Part shown: piece by piece, positions 9,877 to 20,586 of the stretch
Layout: every line of letters begins with the position of its first letter
Position numbering within the stretch: position 1 is the stretch's first letter
Assembly (NCBI GenBank): GCA_037190785.1
Contig: JBBCJN010000007.1
Location: 109,952 to 173,951, forward strand
Source: Pedobacter sp.
GTDB lineage: Bacteria > Bacteroidota > Bacteroidia > Sphingobacteriales > Sphingobacteriaceae
Direction of reading: 5' to 3'
DNA length: 64,000 nt
The notes under the pieces: model-generated
What the model saw: only the letters and a program-made list of their open reading frames with translations
What the model was told of the DNA's origin: nothing
Database searches by the model: none
Program-made: the position numbers and the translations under genes

Positions 9877-12800
9877 CTACCCGAAACTTTTCATGAACGC
9901 TTTTTCATAATGTTGAAGGTGTGCTTCCGCCTTTTTCCATAATGCTTCGTGTTTTTGGAACCTTGCTGCTTCTTTTAACTCCTGAAAAACAAAGAATCCT
10001 GTCCTGATTTCCTGAATGAGTGCATGCTGATTCCCGGACTTTAGAGAGAGGATGTAATTAAATTCCTTGGCCAGGTAGTTCATCGCGTCATTGGCGATGG
10101 CATTAGCCTTTTCATTTTCCTTTAACTGCAATAGATTGTTAACTAGTCCAATCTTATTGACGGTATCTGAGATAGAAGTGTTACGAAGTGGCAGATCATT
10201 CAGACTTTTGTGAACTACTTGCCTGGCCGCTTCAGTACGTCCGTTTCGAAGAAGGTTTTGAGCAAGTGTATTTGAAAAATTGAACGTACTATGCAGTATC
10301 CTTTTGCTTTCAGGATCAAGATAACGGGCCGTTTTAAATCCTTTTAGTTCGAAGCGATTCACATAATGATCGTGCGCTAACAAGTCGTTGGTTTGGGCTG
10401 TTTTCGTAAAGTTTTCACCTTCTGAAGGTCGAAATGGCAATAATCGATAAGCAAAGCCTTCTAAATAAAGATATTTATCCAAGCCGATGTAGGTGTCTTC
10501 TGAAAGGGATGCCGCAAAGTAAACAGGTCTTTCCCATTGGTTATGAACAAGAATGTCAAAAATAGCCAGGTCAGATTTGAGGGCGAAATTTTTGTTGAAA
10601 TTCCACTCTAATTGAGAAGTAATCCGGTGGCTGTCAGCCTCCTGAACCGTTCCTGTTCGAAGGACCTTTTCAGGATCAACCTTCATTTTGAAACGCTGGG
10701 TCGGGAGAAAGTTTTCGAGACTGCCATCGCTCATGGCTATTTTGTCCTCTTTACTGTCGGAAGTAAGGACAGCTAAAAGATCGCTTAATTCCACGCTATC
10801 CTGGATGCCGTAATCGTAATAGGGCAGGTAATTCCGGCTTCCCTCTTTATACGTCTCCTTGTTCATGCGGATGGGAAGTGGCGCGGAAAGGTCCTGTTGT
10901 TTTTTCATCTGATCGATATACGACTCTGAGGAAAGAAACTGAAGATTAACCACCCTGACATCTGTACGTATTCCTTCCACTTCCTGAGCATACCAAAGTG
11001 GATAAGTATCGTTATCGGCATTGGTAAATAGAATGGCATTGGGTTCACAGCTGTTGAGGTAATTCTTTGCCATGTCTAGGGCAGTCGTTTTTCCGCTGCG
11101 ATCGTGATCGTCCCAGCCCTGAAAGGCCATCCAACCAGGCACAGCGAATAGGCAGATACCAAAGCTAAGTAATAAACTGTGCTTTTTGGAGAGTTTTTTA
11201 GATAAGAAAGACTGGATGGCAAGCATACCCAATCCTATAAAGATAGCGAATGCATAAAAGGAACCTACGTAGGCGTAATCTCTTTCTCTCACCTGCATAG
11301 GGTCCTGATTAATGTAAATAATGATGGCCAATCCCGTACAAAAAAACAGAGAACCAATGACCAGCAGGTCACTTTTACTTCGACGAGAAAGATAAATTAA
11401 ACCCGCCATTCCTAATAAGAAAGGCAACCCATAAAACAAATTGCGCCCCGCGTTTTCAAGCATGCTGGGAGGCAAATTTTGCTGATTATCTAAGCGAAGC
11501 GCGTCCAGAGCTTTGATCCCCGTTAGCCAATTGCCTTCCTGTAAACTGCCATGTCCTTGTACATCGTTTTGGCGACCAATGAAATTCCAGGCAAAATAGC
11601 GACCATACATAAAACCTAATTGATATTCCATAAAAAAACGCATGTTCTGCCAAAAACCGGGACTTTCATTTTCACCGAGATTCATCCAGTTTTTATAGAA
11701 CTGAACATGCTGGGGTCGGTTGCTGTATGTCCTTGGAAAGAGCATGTTTTTATCATAAACTGTCTGGTAACTTTTGCCGATCACTTCGTAACGACTTTCT
11801 CCACGACGATAATTTTCCCGACCTTCTTTTATGTCAATTGCTTTCGAATCAAACACTTTTCCATAAAGAATAGGTTTATCCTCATATTGGGTACGACTTA
11901 GGTAATCGAATAAAGAAAGGGGGGTATCTGGATTGGAAAGATTGATGTTGGGCTTGGCATTGGCACGTATAATTATCATGAAATAGGAGCTAAAACCAAA
12001 CAGGACAAAAGTGAGACAGAGCAATCCGAGGTGGAGGCGATAATTACTTTTCCGAATACTGTATCGAATTCCATAGGCAAGTAGGAGAGCGCTAAATAGT
12101 AAAAAAATAAGTGCACCGCTTCCAAATGGAAGTCCCCATTGATTTACTGCCATGACATCCGTTTTCGCTGCAAAAAGGACAAAGTATTGAATGATGCCAA
12201 ACTGAATTAATCCGAGAATCATCCCCCCAGCGAGAAAGGCTTTGAAAGCCCCAAACCAGGTTGGACGCTTACTCTTTCTGAAATAATAAACGAGCGCGAT
12301 GGGAGGAATGATTAAAAGACTTAGCAAATGAACTCCAATGGATAGGCCGACCAGAAAGGAAATGACTAATAACCAGCGGTCATTAAGCTCTTTTTCCCAC
12401 TTCAAAATACACCAAAAGACGAGGGCAGTAACGAGACTGGACAAAGCGTAAACTTCTGCTTCCACCGCCGAAAACCAAAAAGTATCGGAAAAAGCGTAAC
12501 AAAACGCGCCTACCAGTCCGGCAGCAAGTACACTCCATCCGTCTACCTGACTGAGCTCTTTCTCTTCTTTTTTTATTAATTTTAAGGCGATGAGGTTAAT
12601 CGACCAGAAAAGAAAAGTGATGGTAGCCGCACTGACAACTACTGATTGGAAGTTCACCCAATAAGCAATTTTTCCAGCGTTGGAACCTGCAAATAAGGAA
12701 AAAATTTTCCCTAACATTAAGAAAAGGGGCGCGCCAGGTTGATGTCCCACCTCCAACTTATAAGCGGCCGCAATAAATTCACCACAATCCCAGAAACTAA

Positions 12801-12891
12801 GCGTGGGTTCCATGCATGACCAATACACCAGTAGAGAAATCAGAAAAACTACTCCTCCAAGAAGTAGATTAATTTGTCGGTAATTCTGCAT
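9877..12891 (-). CDS. DUF2723 polytopic membrane protein (GT-C fold, TMEM260-like)
   Basis: FWDCGEFIAAAYKLEVGHQPGAP, FWFSAVEAEVY, RERDYAYVGSF and NADNDTYPLWY motifs; many TM segments. Confidence 0.85.
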   Translation of the reverse strand: MQNYRQINLLLGGVVFLISLLVYWSCMEPTLSFWDCGEFIAAAYKLEVGHQPGAPLFLMLGKIFSLFAGSNAGKIAYWVNFQSVVVSAATITFLFWSINLIALKLIKKEEKELSQVDGWSVLAAGLVGAFCYAFSDTFWFSAVEAEVYALSSLVTALVFWCILKWEKELNDRWLLVISFLVGLSIGVHLLSLLIIPPIALVYYFRKSKRPTWFGAFKAFLAGGMILGLIQFGIIQYFVLFAAKTDVMAVNQWGLPFGSGALIFLLFSALLLAYGIRYSIRKSNYRLHLGLLCLTFVLFGFSSYFMIIIRANAKPNINLSNPDTPLSLFDYLSRTQYEDKPILYGKVFDSKAIDIKEGRENYRRGESRYEVIGKSYQTVYDKNMLFPRTYSNRPQHVQFYKNWMNLGENESPGFWQNMRFFMEYQLGFMYGRYFAWNFIGRQNDVQGHGSLQEGNWLTGIKALDALRLDNQQNLPPSMLENAGRNLFYGLPFLLGMAGLIYLSRRSKSDLLVIGSLFFCTGLAIIIYINQDPMQVRERDYAYVGSFYAFAIFIGLGMLAIQSFLSKKLSKKHSLLLSFGICLFAVPGWMAFQGWDDHDRSGKTTALDMAKNYLNSCEPNAILFTNADNDTYPLWYAQEVEGIRTDVRVVNLQFLSSESYIDQMKKQQDLSAPLPIRMNKETYKEGSRNYLPYYDYGIQDSVELSDLLAVLTSDSKEDKIAMSDGSLENFLPTQRFKMKVDPEKVLRTGTVQEADSHRITSQLEWNFNKNFALKSDLAIFDILVHNQWERPVYFAASLSEDTYIGLDKYLYLEGFAYRLLPFRPSEGENFTKTAQTNDLLAHDHYVNRFELKGFKTARYLDPESKRILHSTFNFSNTLAQNLLRNGRTEAARQVVHKSLNDLPLRNTSISDTVNKIGLVNNLLQLKENEKANAIANDAMNYLAKEFNYILSLKSGNQHALIQEIRTGFFVFQELKEAARFQKHEALWKKAEAHLQHYEKAFMKSFG

Positions 12892-12998
12892 AACGAAAAT
12901 TTATTAACCAAAACTAGGTCAAATCTCGTCTCATAGCTGTTAAAAGATGTTAAAAAAGGTTAAATTTCAGGACAGCAAAAATTATAGACCATGAAATA

Positions 12999-14177
12999 TC
13001 AATAATACTGAACAATACGGGCGCTGATGACAGTAAGCCCCGAGGAAGCGCGCGTGAAAATGAGAAAGTCTTTTTCGCTCGGTTGAATGCGGTAGCGCTT
13101 TTGAAGTGTCTCCGGTTTTTCTGGGAACTGTCTGCATATCACATTTCCGGAAAGTTCTTTTTTCTTTTTAAATGTAGACATGTTCCAGACTTCATTCACC
13201 CTGAAAATGCGCCCCGGAAAAGCTTCGTTAAGCTGGTCACTCACGTAAAGTTGGGTTTGCGTGTGTAGTTTCAGAAGCCGATAGCGATGAGCAATCAGAT
13301 CAAAAGCCCCGCTTTTTAGCAAAGCAGCGTCGGGCTCATAAAGATAGGGATAGGATAAATGCATTGCTGTTGTTGCTTTTTCCGTTTCGCATCCCCAGGA
13401 ATACGTAAAAGTTTTTTGTTGTTCATTGAGCGTTACAGCATAAATAAGCGGGGATGGAGAAGCGTCTTCTCCTAAAATCCATAACAGCTCCTTGCATTCA
13501 TTTTTAGTGCTTACGATGTGAATTTCATGAACGCAGGAAAGTTCCTGCATACCTGCCGAAAGATCCAGTAGCGGAGAAGTTTTGATCATCACTCGTTTTC
13601 CTCTCTCCAAAAGTAAAGTAAGGTGCTGAGTGACATCAGGATGACAGTCTTTTAAGCGGAAGACTTTATTGCCCTCCTGCCGTCTGGCAGGATCCAGATA
13701 AATAAGGTCAAAAAGAAGGTCGCTTTCTCTTAAAAAGGAAATCCCGTCTGTAGCTAGCGATTGGATGGAGTTTATCCCCATTTTTTTGGCATTCCAGGCA
13801 GCTATTTCACTCAGATCTTCATTGACCTCACAACTAATAACCCGTTTAAATGACCTCGAAAAATAATAACTATCCACCCCAAACCCGGCGGTGAGATCAA
13901 TGGCCAGTTCCCCTTTGATTAGGGAAGCTTTATAGGCCGCTGTTATCTCTGATGAGCTTTGCTCAATGGAAAGAGATTTGGGATAGTAGATTTCAGTGTT
14001 AGAGAACCAGGATGGGAGCTTTGAAGAAGCTTTTTTTTTGGAAAGAATCTGACCAGCGAGTTCCGTCGAGGTGACTTCAGGAAAAGGACTCACCGAGAGT
14101 GCTATGCGATGCGCTTCTTTATCCAAGTGCGCCAAGATAAAGTCTTGTACCTCTTTCTCAAGCAAATGTGGATTCAT
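12999..14177 (-). CDS. Class I SAM-dependent methyltransferase with C-terminal THUMP-like domain
   Basis: DLTAGFGVDS SAM motif, DLIYLDPARR, MIKTSPLLD, YLYEPDAALLKSG. Confidence 0.85.
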   Translation of the reverse strand: MNPHLLEKEVQDFILAHLDKEAHRIALSVSPFPEVTSTELAGQILSKKKASSKLPSWFSNTEIYYPKSLSIEQSSSEITAAYKASLIKGELAIDLTAGFGVDSYYFSRSFKRVISCEVNEDLSEIAAWNAKKMGINSIQSLATDGISFLRESDLLFDLIYLDPARRQEGNKVFRLKDCHPDVTQHLTLLLERGKRVMIKTSPLLDLSAGMQELSCVHEIHIVSTKNECKELLWILGEDASPSPLIYAVTLNEQQKTFTYSWGCETEKATTAMHLSYPYLYEPDAALLKSGAFDLIAHRYRLLKLHTQTQLYVSDQLNEAFPGRIFRVNEVWNMSTFKKKKELSGNVICRQFPEKPETLQKRYRIQPSEKDFLIFTRASSGLTVISARIVQYY

Positions 14178-14181
14178 GTAC

Positions 14182-15474
14182 TTACGATTTGAGCGGGGTA
14201 TGTAGACCTTCTGCCGACAAATCTTTCAGTACCAGTTGACAGGTATGCCGGCTTTTTACTTCTAAAAGCACCTTTTTATGCAAGGCCACCCGCGAGATGG
14301 TTTCCGTGTTATAGTGACGAATAGTGGCTAATTCCAGACCTTTGTTATATTTTACGCGAAAGGAAATGGAAAGATCTTCTAAAAGAGGCATAATTTTAGG
14401 GGAATCGTCGACGCTAATGGAAAAACTGATTGCTGAATTCAGCATGGTGTTCACTTTTACTTTATGGTGGTGAAGAAGAGTAAAAATAGTACTTAGGTTT
14501 TCCTCTATAATAAAAGAAAAATCTCTTGGGAAGATGGAAATGAGTACCTGGTTGACCTTGAAAATGAACGAGGGCACAGGGAGGGGAGAATCAATATCCG
14601 TAATCAGTGTGCCACTTTGCCCGGGTTCGAGAAATGATTTAACGTATAGAGGAATCTTTTTGTTTTGAAGTGGTTTAATGGTTTTGGGATGAATGACATT
14701 GGCTCCATAATAGGTGAGTTCTATGGCATCATGATAAGACAATTGAGGGATTTTTCGCGTTTCGTCAAACCACTTAGGGTCAGCGTTTAAGACACCAGGA
14801 ACATCTTTCCAAATGGTAAGAGAAGAGGCATTAAGTGCTGAACTAAAAATGGCAGCCGAATAATCAGAACCGTCTCTCCCTAAGGTACTGCTAAAGTTTT
14901 CACTGGTACTTCCGATGAAACCTTGAGTTACTACCATGCCTTTAGACAAATAGCCTGGAAGATGTTTATTGATTTCCTGCTGGGTTTTCTCCCAATGAAT
15001 GACGGCTTCGCGATAGGTATTATCCGTATGAATATAATTACGGGCATCCAACCAGATGGTAAATACGCCTGTCACATTCAGATAAGCAGCTACGATCTTG
15101 GTAGAAAGTAGTTCGCCAACTGCCACGATCTGATCATATACATAATCAGCGGTGTCGCTAAACTCTTCTTCGAGAATCCATTCGATCTCGACAAAAGCAT
15201 TTGCGACTTCGTTGAAAACAGGATTTTGAACATCTGTAAAGAGATTTTTCATGATCTCTTCATGGTTTTTCTTTACCTCGTTCAGTAATGCATGTGCTTG
15301 TGGGTCACCTTCTATATACGCTTTCCAGATACGTTCCAACTGATTAGTGGTCTGTCCGATGGCAGATACGACAATAAGAAGCTCCTCAACGGAATGGTTT
15401 TTTATGATTTGTGCAATATTGCGGATGCCATCCGCGTCTTTGACAGAAGCGCCTCCAAATTTATATACCTGCAT
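14182..15474 (-). CDS. lysC: Aspartate kinase (monofunctional)
   Basis: KFGGASV, TQGFIG, TLGRDGSDYSA, WKDVPGVLNADP. Confidence 0.92.
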   Translation of the reverse strand: MQVYKFGGASVKDADGIRNIAQIIKNHSVEELLIVVSAIGQTTNQLERIWKAYIEGDPQAHALLNEVKKNHEEIMKNLFTDVQNPVFNEVANAFVEIEWILEEEFSDTADYVYDQIVAVGELLSTKIVAAYLNVTGVFTIWLDARNYIHTDNTYREAVIHWEKTQQEINKHLPGYLSKGMVVTQGFIGSTSENFSSTLGRDGSDYSAAIFSSALNASSLTIWKDVPGVLNADPKWFDETRKIPQLSYHDAIELTYYGANVIHPKTIKPLQNKKIPLYVKSFLEPGQSGTLITDIDSPLPVPSFIFKVNQVLISIFPRDFSFIIEENLSTIFTLLHHHKVKVNTMLNSAISFSISVDDSPKIMPLLEDLSISFRVKYNKGLELATIRHYNTETISRVALHKKVLLEVKSRHTCQLVLKDLSAEGLHTPLKS

Positions 15475-16279
15475 GAAGTTGTTGAATGATTTTGATAGTA
15501 GAGGGTTGAATCAGGGGTTTTACTTTGTCGAAAGGAAGGACGAGTGTAGTGGTTCCGGCCACGTACGGTTTGATCTCATACGCATTGTATAAAAAAACAA
15601 TCCCATCCTCGCGCAGATAAAAATTTTCAGGAAGCGAAAATTGACCGTTTTCAAAAAAATATTGATCCGTCAGTGATTGCTGCGGACTTAATTGCTCATT
15701 TTTTCGGAAGATCTGCTCAGCCAAACGCGTCAACTCGTCCATTTTTCCGGGTAATAGAAGGTCTTTTAACTGAAGCGATTTCTTTTGAACAGGGTCATAG
15801 TTGAGGTAAAGCATGACCTCGTTTCCATGCGCTCCTCCTGCATAATCTGCATGGGTATATTTAAAAGCCAGATAGCCGGGTTGAGCGCTAAGGACTTCAA
15901 TATCCACGTATAAATACCAGGATTGCACACGGTCTTTTTGTTCTGTTGAAAATTCGTCATACCCTTGAATGAAGCTTTCAACAATGTTTTTATAGCTGTA
16001 AATGGAATCCTCTTTACTGTAGTAACTTAAAACCTGCTTCCGTAAAAAATCATTAATGTCAGGCTGGCTAAAAACCGGGTAAATTACCCGGGCAACCGTC
16101 GTGTCAGACATCCCTTCCAGTTTGACAACGTGACTGCTTTTCATTACCACCGAGTCAAGTTGATAGTGGTTCACCATAAACGTCGAATCAGTGCCGGTTT
16201 TTTCACCTCCAGATTGCGAGGAGTTACGACAGGCAATAAATGAAGCCATTCCGATAAAGAGAATCCATGTTTTTTTCAT
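15461..16279 (-). CDS. DUF4163/DUF3298 lipoprotein (RsiV/PdaC-like)
   Basis: Lipobox FIA-C; YAGGAHG; FLYNAYEIKPYVAG. Confidence 0.82.
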   Translation of the reverse strand: MKKTWILFIGMASFIACRNSSQSGGEKTGTDSTFMVNHYQLDSVVMKSSHVVKLEGMSDTTVARVIYPVFSQPDINDFLRKQVLSYYSKEDSIYSYKNIVESFIQGYDEFSTEQKDRVQSWYLYVDIEVLSAQPGYLAFKYTHADYAGGAHGNEVMLYLNYDPVQKKSLQLKDLLLPGKMDELTRLAEQIFRKNEQLSPQQSLTDQYFFENGQFSLPENFYLREDGIVFLYNAYEIKPYVAGTTTLVLPFDKVKPLIQPSTIKIIQQLHAGI

Positions 16280-16359
16280 AGTTGTTCGTTTTTTAGCTTC
16301 ATTGCTTTCCTTTATTAATTAAGTCTGTGTGAGCGATAGACCTGCAAGCAATGCTTCGC

Positions 16360-16836
16360 TTATTTTTTTAATTTATCCTCACTAATGGAGGCATTGAGCC
16401 AACCCCCATCAAAATCGGCCTTATATCGCTGATAAAACCGGATGGCGGGCTCATTCCAGTCAAGGACCTGCCAACTCATTCCCTGATAAGGGGCTTGAGA
16501 GGCTTCCCCGATCACTTTTTCAAATAGCAATTTTCCCACCCCTTTGCCACGGTAAGGCTCAGTGACGAGAAAGTCTTCCAGGTAAAGCCGGCATCCTTTC
16601 CAGGTGGAGTATCTGGTATAATACAAGGCCATCCCAATAACTTTTCCTTCATGAAGGGCAACAAAAGATTTCCAGACCGGAGAGACACCAAAGCCTGCTT
16701 CTTCGAAGGCTTCCAGACTGACGGTTACTTCATGTTCCGCTTTTTCATACACCGCTAATTCACGGATTAAGGCCATGAGATCTTTGCAGTCCTCCCTGAC
16801 AGCATAACGGATATCGACGGTTAATTGTTCTTCCAA
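16360..16836 (-). CDS. GNAT N-acetyltransferase (diamine acetyltransferase-like)
   Basis: LIRELAVYEK, YSTWKG, LYLEDFLV, YRGKGVGK, WQVLDWNEPAIRFY. Confidence 0.9.
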   Translation of the reverse strand: MEEQLTVDIRYAVREDCKDLMALIRELAVYEKAEHEVTVSLEAFEEAGFGVSPVWKSFVALHEGKVIGMALYYTRYSTWKGCRLYLEDFLVTEPYRGKGVGKLLFEKVIGEASQAPYQGMSWQVLDWNEPAIRFYQRYKADFDGGWLNASISEDKLKK

Positions 16837-17510
16837 TGTTTGATGATTCGTTTCCCAAAAATATGACTCCCAATCCTGACCATGTTACTACCCTGTTCTA
16901 TGGCCAGTTGGTAATCTGAAGACATTCCCATAGATAAACGGTCAAAGCTTGCTTCTTTCCTGAAATAGCTGATCCTGATGCCGTCGAAAAGGACTTTTAA
17001 CTCGTTAAATTCTGCACGAATCTGTAAATCCGAAGCCGCATTGGTGGCAATTCCCATCAAGCCCCTGATCCGAACATTTTTTAATGAGACAAATGATTCG
17101 TCCCGTAATAAGTCAATCACTTCATCAAAATCAAGTCCAAATTTGGTGTCTTCATCAGCAATATTTACCTGAAGTAAACAATCAATGATCCGGTCATGTT
17201 TGAGTGCCTGTTTATTAATTTCTTTTAAAAGTTTAAGACTGTCTACTGATTCAATGAGAGCGACAAAGGGGGCAATGTATTTTACCTTATTACTTTGGAG
17301 ATGACCGATCAGATGCCATTCAATATCAGTCGGCAGGGTGGCAGCTTTTTCTACCATTTCCTGAACAAGGTTTTCTCCAAAAATTCTTTGACCCGCCTGA
17401 TAGGCTTCTTCCACAGCAGCGGCCGGATGATTTTTAGAAACAGCAACAAGCTGAACTCCTCGCGCATCTAATTCGTTTTTATATTTTTTTAAATTATCGG
17501 CAATTCCCAT
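16821..17510 (-). CDS. yggS: YggS/PLPBP pyridoxal-phosphate homeostasis protein
   Basis: LVAVSK, FGEN, WHLIGHLQSNK, LSMGMSSDY, VRIGSHIFG. Confidence 0.93.
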   Translation of the reverse strand: MGIADNLKKYKNELDARGVQLVAVSKNHPAAAVEEAYQAGQRIFGENLVQEMVEKAATLPTDIEWHLIGHLQSNKVKYIAPFVALIESVDSLKLLKEINKQALKHDRIIDCLLQVNIADEDTKFGLDFDEVIDLLRDESFVSLKNVRIRGLMGIATNAASDLQIRAEFNELKVLFDGIRISYFRKEASFDRLSMGMSSDYQLAIEQGSNMVRIGSHIFGKRIIKHWKNN

Positions 17511-17581
17511 TTATCAGTATTTTTGGTAAAATTAACAAACCTTCTTCCAAAATGACTAAGAAATTAAAAAGGTTTTAAAAA

Positions 17582-18034
17582 ATGAAGAAATTAGTAGTGA
17601 TCATAGGGTTGTTGTCCTGTGTGTATGCGTGTAAACCAGGAATTCCCAAAGAGATTATGCAACCGGATCAGATGCGTAAGGTCTTATTTGATGTTCACGT
17701 GGTGGATGGATATGTTTCTACCTTGCCTAACAGGGACACTGCACGGGTCATAGCGGGTGTTTATCTAAAAGGTGTATATAAAAAATATGGAATTGATTCA
17801 GCGCTCTATGAAAAAAGCATGAATTATTATTATACCCGGCCCGATCTGTTGAAAAAGATTTACGACGCTCTTGAAAAGGAAATAGAAACAGAGCGGAAAA
17901 AGGAAAGCGTTCGGGAAGATAAACGCCGAGAAAAGAAAAAGAAGGAACTCGAGAAAATAGAGAATTTAGACAGTGAGCCAGTGCCTCAGCCCGTTCCGGT
18001 TGAAGTTTCTGTCGATTCACTCAATCAACGATAG
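17582..18034 (+). CDS. DUF4296-like lipoprotein
   Basis: Lipobox VYA-C; IMQPDQMRKVLFDVH...KYGIDSALYEKSMNYY. Confidence 0.75.
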   Translation: MKKLVVIIGLLSCVYACKPGIPKEIMQPDQMRKVLFDVHVVDGYVSTLPNRDTARVIAGVYLKGVYKKYGIDSALYEKSMNYYYTRPDLLKKIYDALEKEIETERKKESVREDKRREKKKKELEKIENLDSEPVPQPVPVEVSVDSLNQR

Positions 18035-18035
18035 T

Positions 18036-20417
18036 ATGTTATATCCGGAAAATTGCCAGGAAAGATTAGGATTTTTAGAAATAAAGCAACTGGTACATCA
18101 ACATTGCATGAGTACGATGGGGCAACAACTTGTTCAGAAAATGCAGGTGATGAACAAGCCCGATCAGGTCATTAAATTCTTAAGACAAACCAATGAATTT
18201 AAGCAGATAATCGTAAATCAGGAACCTTTACAAATAAATACTTTTTATGATATTAAGGTACTGGTTGACAAAGTAAGGGTAGAAGGCACCTATCTCGGTG
18301 AGGAAGAACTTTACAAGGTGTATACTTCCTTAATCACGGTGTTTTCAGTGATCCGTTTTTTTGATGAACGGAAGGAGGTGTATCCTTATCTTGAAGCATT
18401 GTTTGAGCATTTAACCATTGAAAAGGATATTCTTCGAAAGATTGAAAGGGTATTGGATGCGAAAGGAAAAATGAAGAGCAATGCTTCTTCAGCTCTATTG
18501 GAAATTACCACCTCCATTGCGCAGGGTGAGCAGGAAGTAAGAAAAAAAATGGATTCCATTTACCGCATGGCGGTAGGTAAGAAATGGGTGGCAGATGGGA
18601 GCCTCACGGTAAGAGATGGCAGGATTTGTATTCCTGTGTTGGCTGAACACAAACGGAAAATAAAAGGCTATGTGCACGATGAATCGGCAAGCGGGCAAAC
18701 GGTCTTTTTAGAACCCGAAGAAGTGTTTAGTCTCAATAATTCCCTGCGTGACCTTGAATTTGACCGCAGGAGGGAAGTGATCCGCATTTTAATCGCTCTG
18801 ACCGATGAAATTCGCCCTTATAGTTCATTGTTGTTGTCCTATCATGGATTTCTGACGAAGTTGGATTTTGTACGGGCGAAAGCCCTTTTTGCCATAGACA
18901 TTGACGCACAATTGCCCATAGTGGTTAAAGAACCAAGGATAAAGCTGCTGAATGCACGACATCCTTTGTTGATGTTGTCTTTTGTGCAGGAAGACAAATC
19001 TAAAACAGTAGTTCCACTCAATCTTCAAATCGATGATTCATTAAGAATGATTTTGGTTTCGGGGCCGAATGCCGGAGGAAAGTCTGTATGTATGAAGACG
19101 GTAGGTCTATTGCAAATGATGTTACAGGCAGGATTATTAGTGCCGGTGGATGAAAGAAGTGAAATGGGAATATTTCATCAGTTATTTGCCGACATTGGCG
19201 ATGACCAGTCGATCGAGTCAGACTTAAGTACCTATAGTGCTCATTTGACCAAAATGAAATATTTTGTTTCTCATGCTGATCGTAAGACATTGATTCTTAT
19301 CGATGAATTTGGTACCGGGACTGATCCTCAGTTTGGAGGTCCCATGGCTGAGGCAGTACTGGAAGTGTTGAATCAAAAGAAATCGCGCGCCGTAATTACC
19401 ACACACTATTCCAATTTGAAGCAATTTGCCGGGCATACATCGGGGATTGAAAATGCTTCAATGCTGTTTGATCATCAGCAAATGCGCCCTTTATATGTGC
19501 TGGATGTAGGAAAACCGGGAAGCTCCTACGCTTTTGAAATTGCGCAGAACATTGGTTTGCAGAAAGAGGTTTTGTTGTTAGCCAGGGAGAAGAGTGGAGG
19601 GGCACAACATGATCTTGATCAATTGCTAATTTCGCTAGAACGGGAGAAAAGGGTAGTGCATGAAGGCAAAATTCAGCTGTCACAACAACAGAACCGTTTA
19701 AAGCAACTCATTGAGGAGAATGAGAAGTTAAAGTCTTACCTTGATGCGCATAAAAAGTCGCTGGTAAAAGAAGCAAAACTGGAAGCTCAACAGATTATTA
19801 GGGATGCCAATAAACTGGTGGAGAATACCATTGCAGAGATCAAACAGAAAAAGGCCGAGCAAGAAACAACCCGTCAGCTCAGACAAAACCTACAGCAGCA
19901 CCTTCGGAAGAATGAGGTAAAAGAAGAAAAAGAAATTCCCGTGGTGTTTGAAAAAGACAACTCGGCAATTGAGGTAGGAGACTGGGTTCAGCTAATTGGA
20001 AGTGAAACCAATGGGCAGGTGCTGGAAATCAGTCGCGATAACCTGGTCCTTTCTTTAGGTGATCTCCGATCGGTGGTGAAACGGAAAAGGGTACAGAAAA
20101 TTAGTCATAAACAAGCTAAAAAAATAGTTCGCGGAGCTTCTTATGCCAGTCAGATTACGGAGGCGATCAGTAGTTTTAAACCCGAATTAGACCTGCGTGG
20201 AATGCGTGCAGAGGAAGCCTTGCAGGAAGTAGAGAAGTACATGGATAAGGCCATTATGATGGGTTTCGCTTCCGTAAAACTGATTCATGGCAGAGGAGAC
20301 GGCATTCTTAGAAAGCTTGTCAGACAATCCCTCAAGGCTTATAAAGAAGTTAAATCCATGGAAGATGAGCATGAAGATAGGGGCGGAGATGGCATTACGT
20401 ATGTATTTCTGAAGTGA
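18036..20417 (+). CDS. mutS2: Endonuclease MutS2
   Basis: Start moved to ATG 18036 (MLYPE..). Walker A SGPNAGGKS, DIGDDQSI, LIDEFGTGTDP, TTHYSNLK; C-terminal Smr domain (LDLRGM, IHGRGDGILR). Confidence 0.93.
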   Translation: MLYPENCQERLGFLEIKQLVHQHCMSTMGQQLVQKMQVMNKPDQVIKFLRQTNEFKQIIVNQEPLQINTFYDIKVLVDKVRVEGTYLGEEELYKVYTSLITVFSVIRFFDERKEVYPYLEALFEHLTIEKDILRKIERVLDAKGKMKSNASSALLEITTSIAQGEQEVRKKMDSIYRMAVGKKWVADGSLTVRDGRICIPVLAEHKRKIKGYVHDESASGQTVFLEPEEVFSLNNSLRDLEFDRRREVIRILIALTDEIRPYSSLLLSYHGFLTKLDFVRAKALFAIDIDAQLPIVVKEPRIKLLNARHPLLMLSFVQEDKSKTVVPLNLQIDDSLRMILVSGPNAGGKSVCMKTVGLLQMMLQAGLLVPVDERSEMGIFHQLFADIGDDQSIESDLSTYSAHLTKMKYFVSHADRKTLILIDEFGTGTDPQFGGPMAEAVLEVLNQKKSRAVITTHYSNLKQFAGHTSGIENASMLFDHQQMRPLYVLDVGKPGSSYAFEIAQNIGLQKEVLLLAREKSGGAQHDLDQLLISLEREKRVVHEGKIQLSQQQNRLKQLIEENEKLKSYLDAHKKSLVKEAKLEAQQIIRDANKLVENTIAEIKQKKAEQETTRQLRQNLQQHLRKNEVKEEKEIPVVFEKDNSAIEVGDWVQLIGSETNGQVLEISRDNLVLSLGDLRSVVKRKRVQKISHKQAKKIVRGASYASQITEAISSFKPELDLRGMRAEEALQEVEKYMDKAIMMGFASVKLIHGRGDGILRKLVRQSLKAYKEVKSMEDEHEDRGGDGITYVFLK

Positions 20418-20586
20418 GCGTGTCGTTGCTTTGACATAAAGATTACAGTAAAGGGATGATTGGTTTAAGTTTTTGTAAATCAATGAGCTAATTCATTACT
20501 TAGTGTATCTTTTACAGGATGTTCGGATGCTTGCAGATTTGGCAGAAGCGGAATATCTTCTTAATTTAGCTCTTAAAACCGAATAT

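Noticed and set aside
17973-18035. ORF-track N-terminal extension of MutS2 (similar extensions on scoA, ydeI, dpm1, thiolase, AraC, second POT)
   Set aside because: They overlap upstream genes or terminators; downstream ATGs give family-typical N-termini
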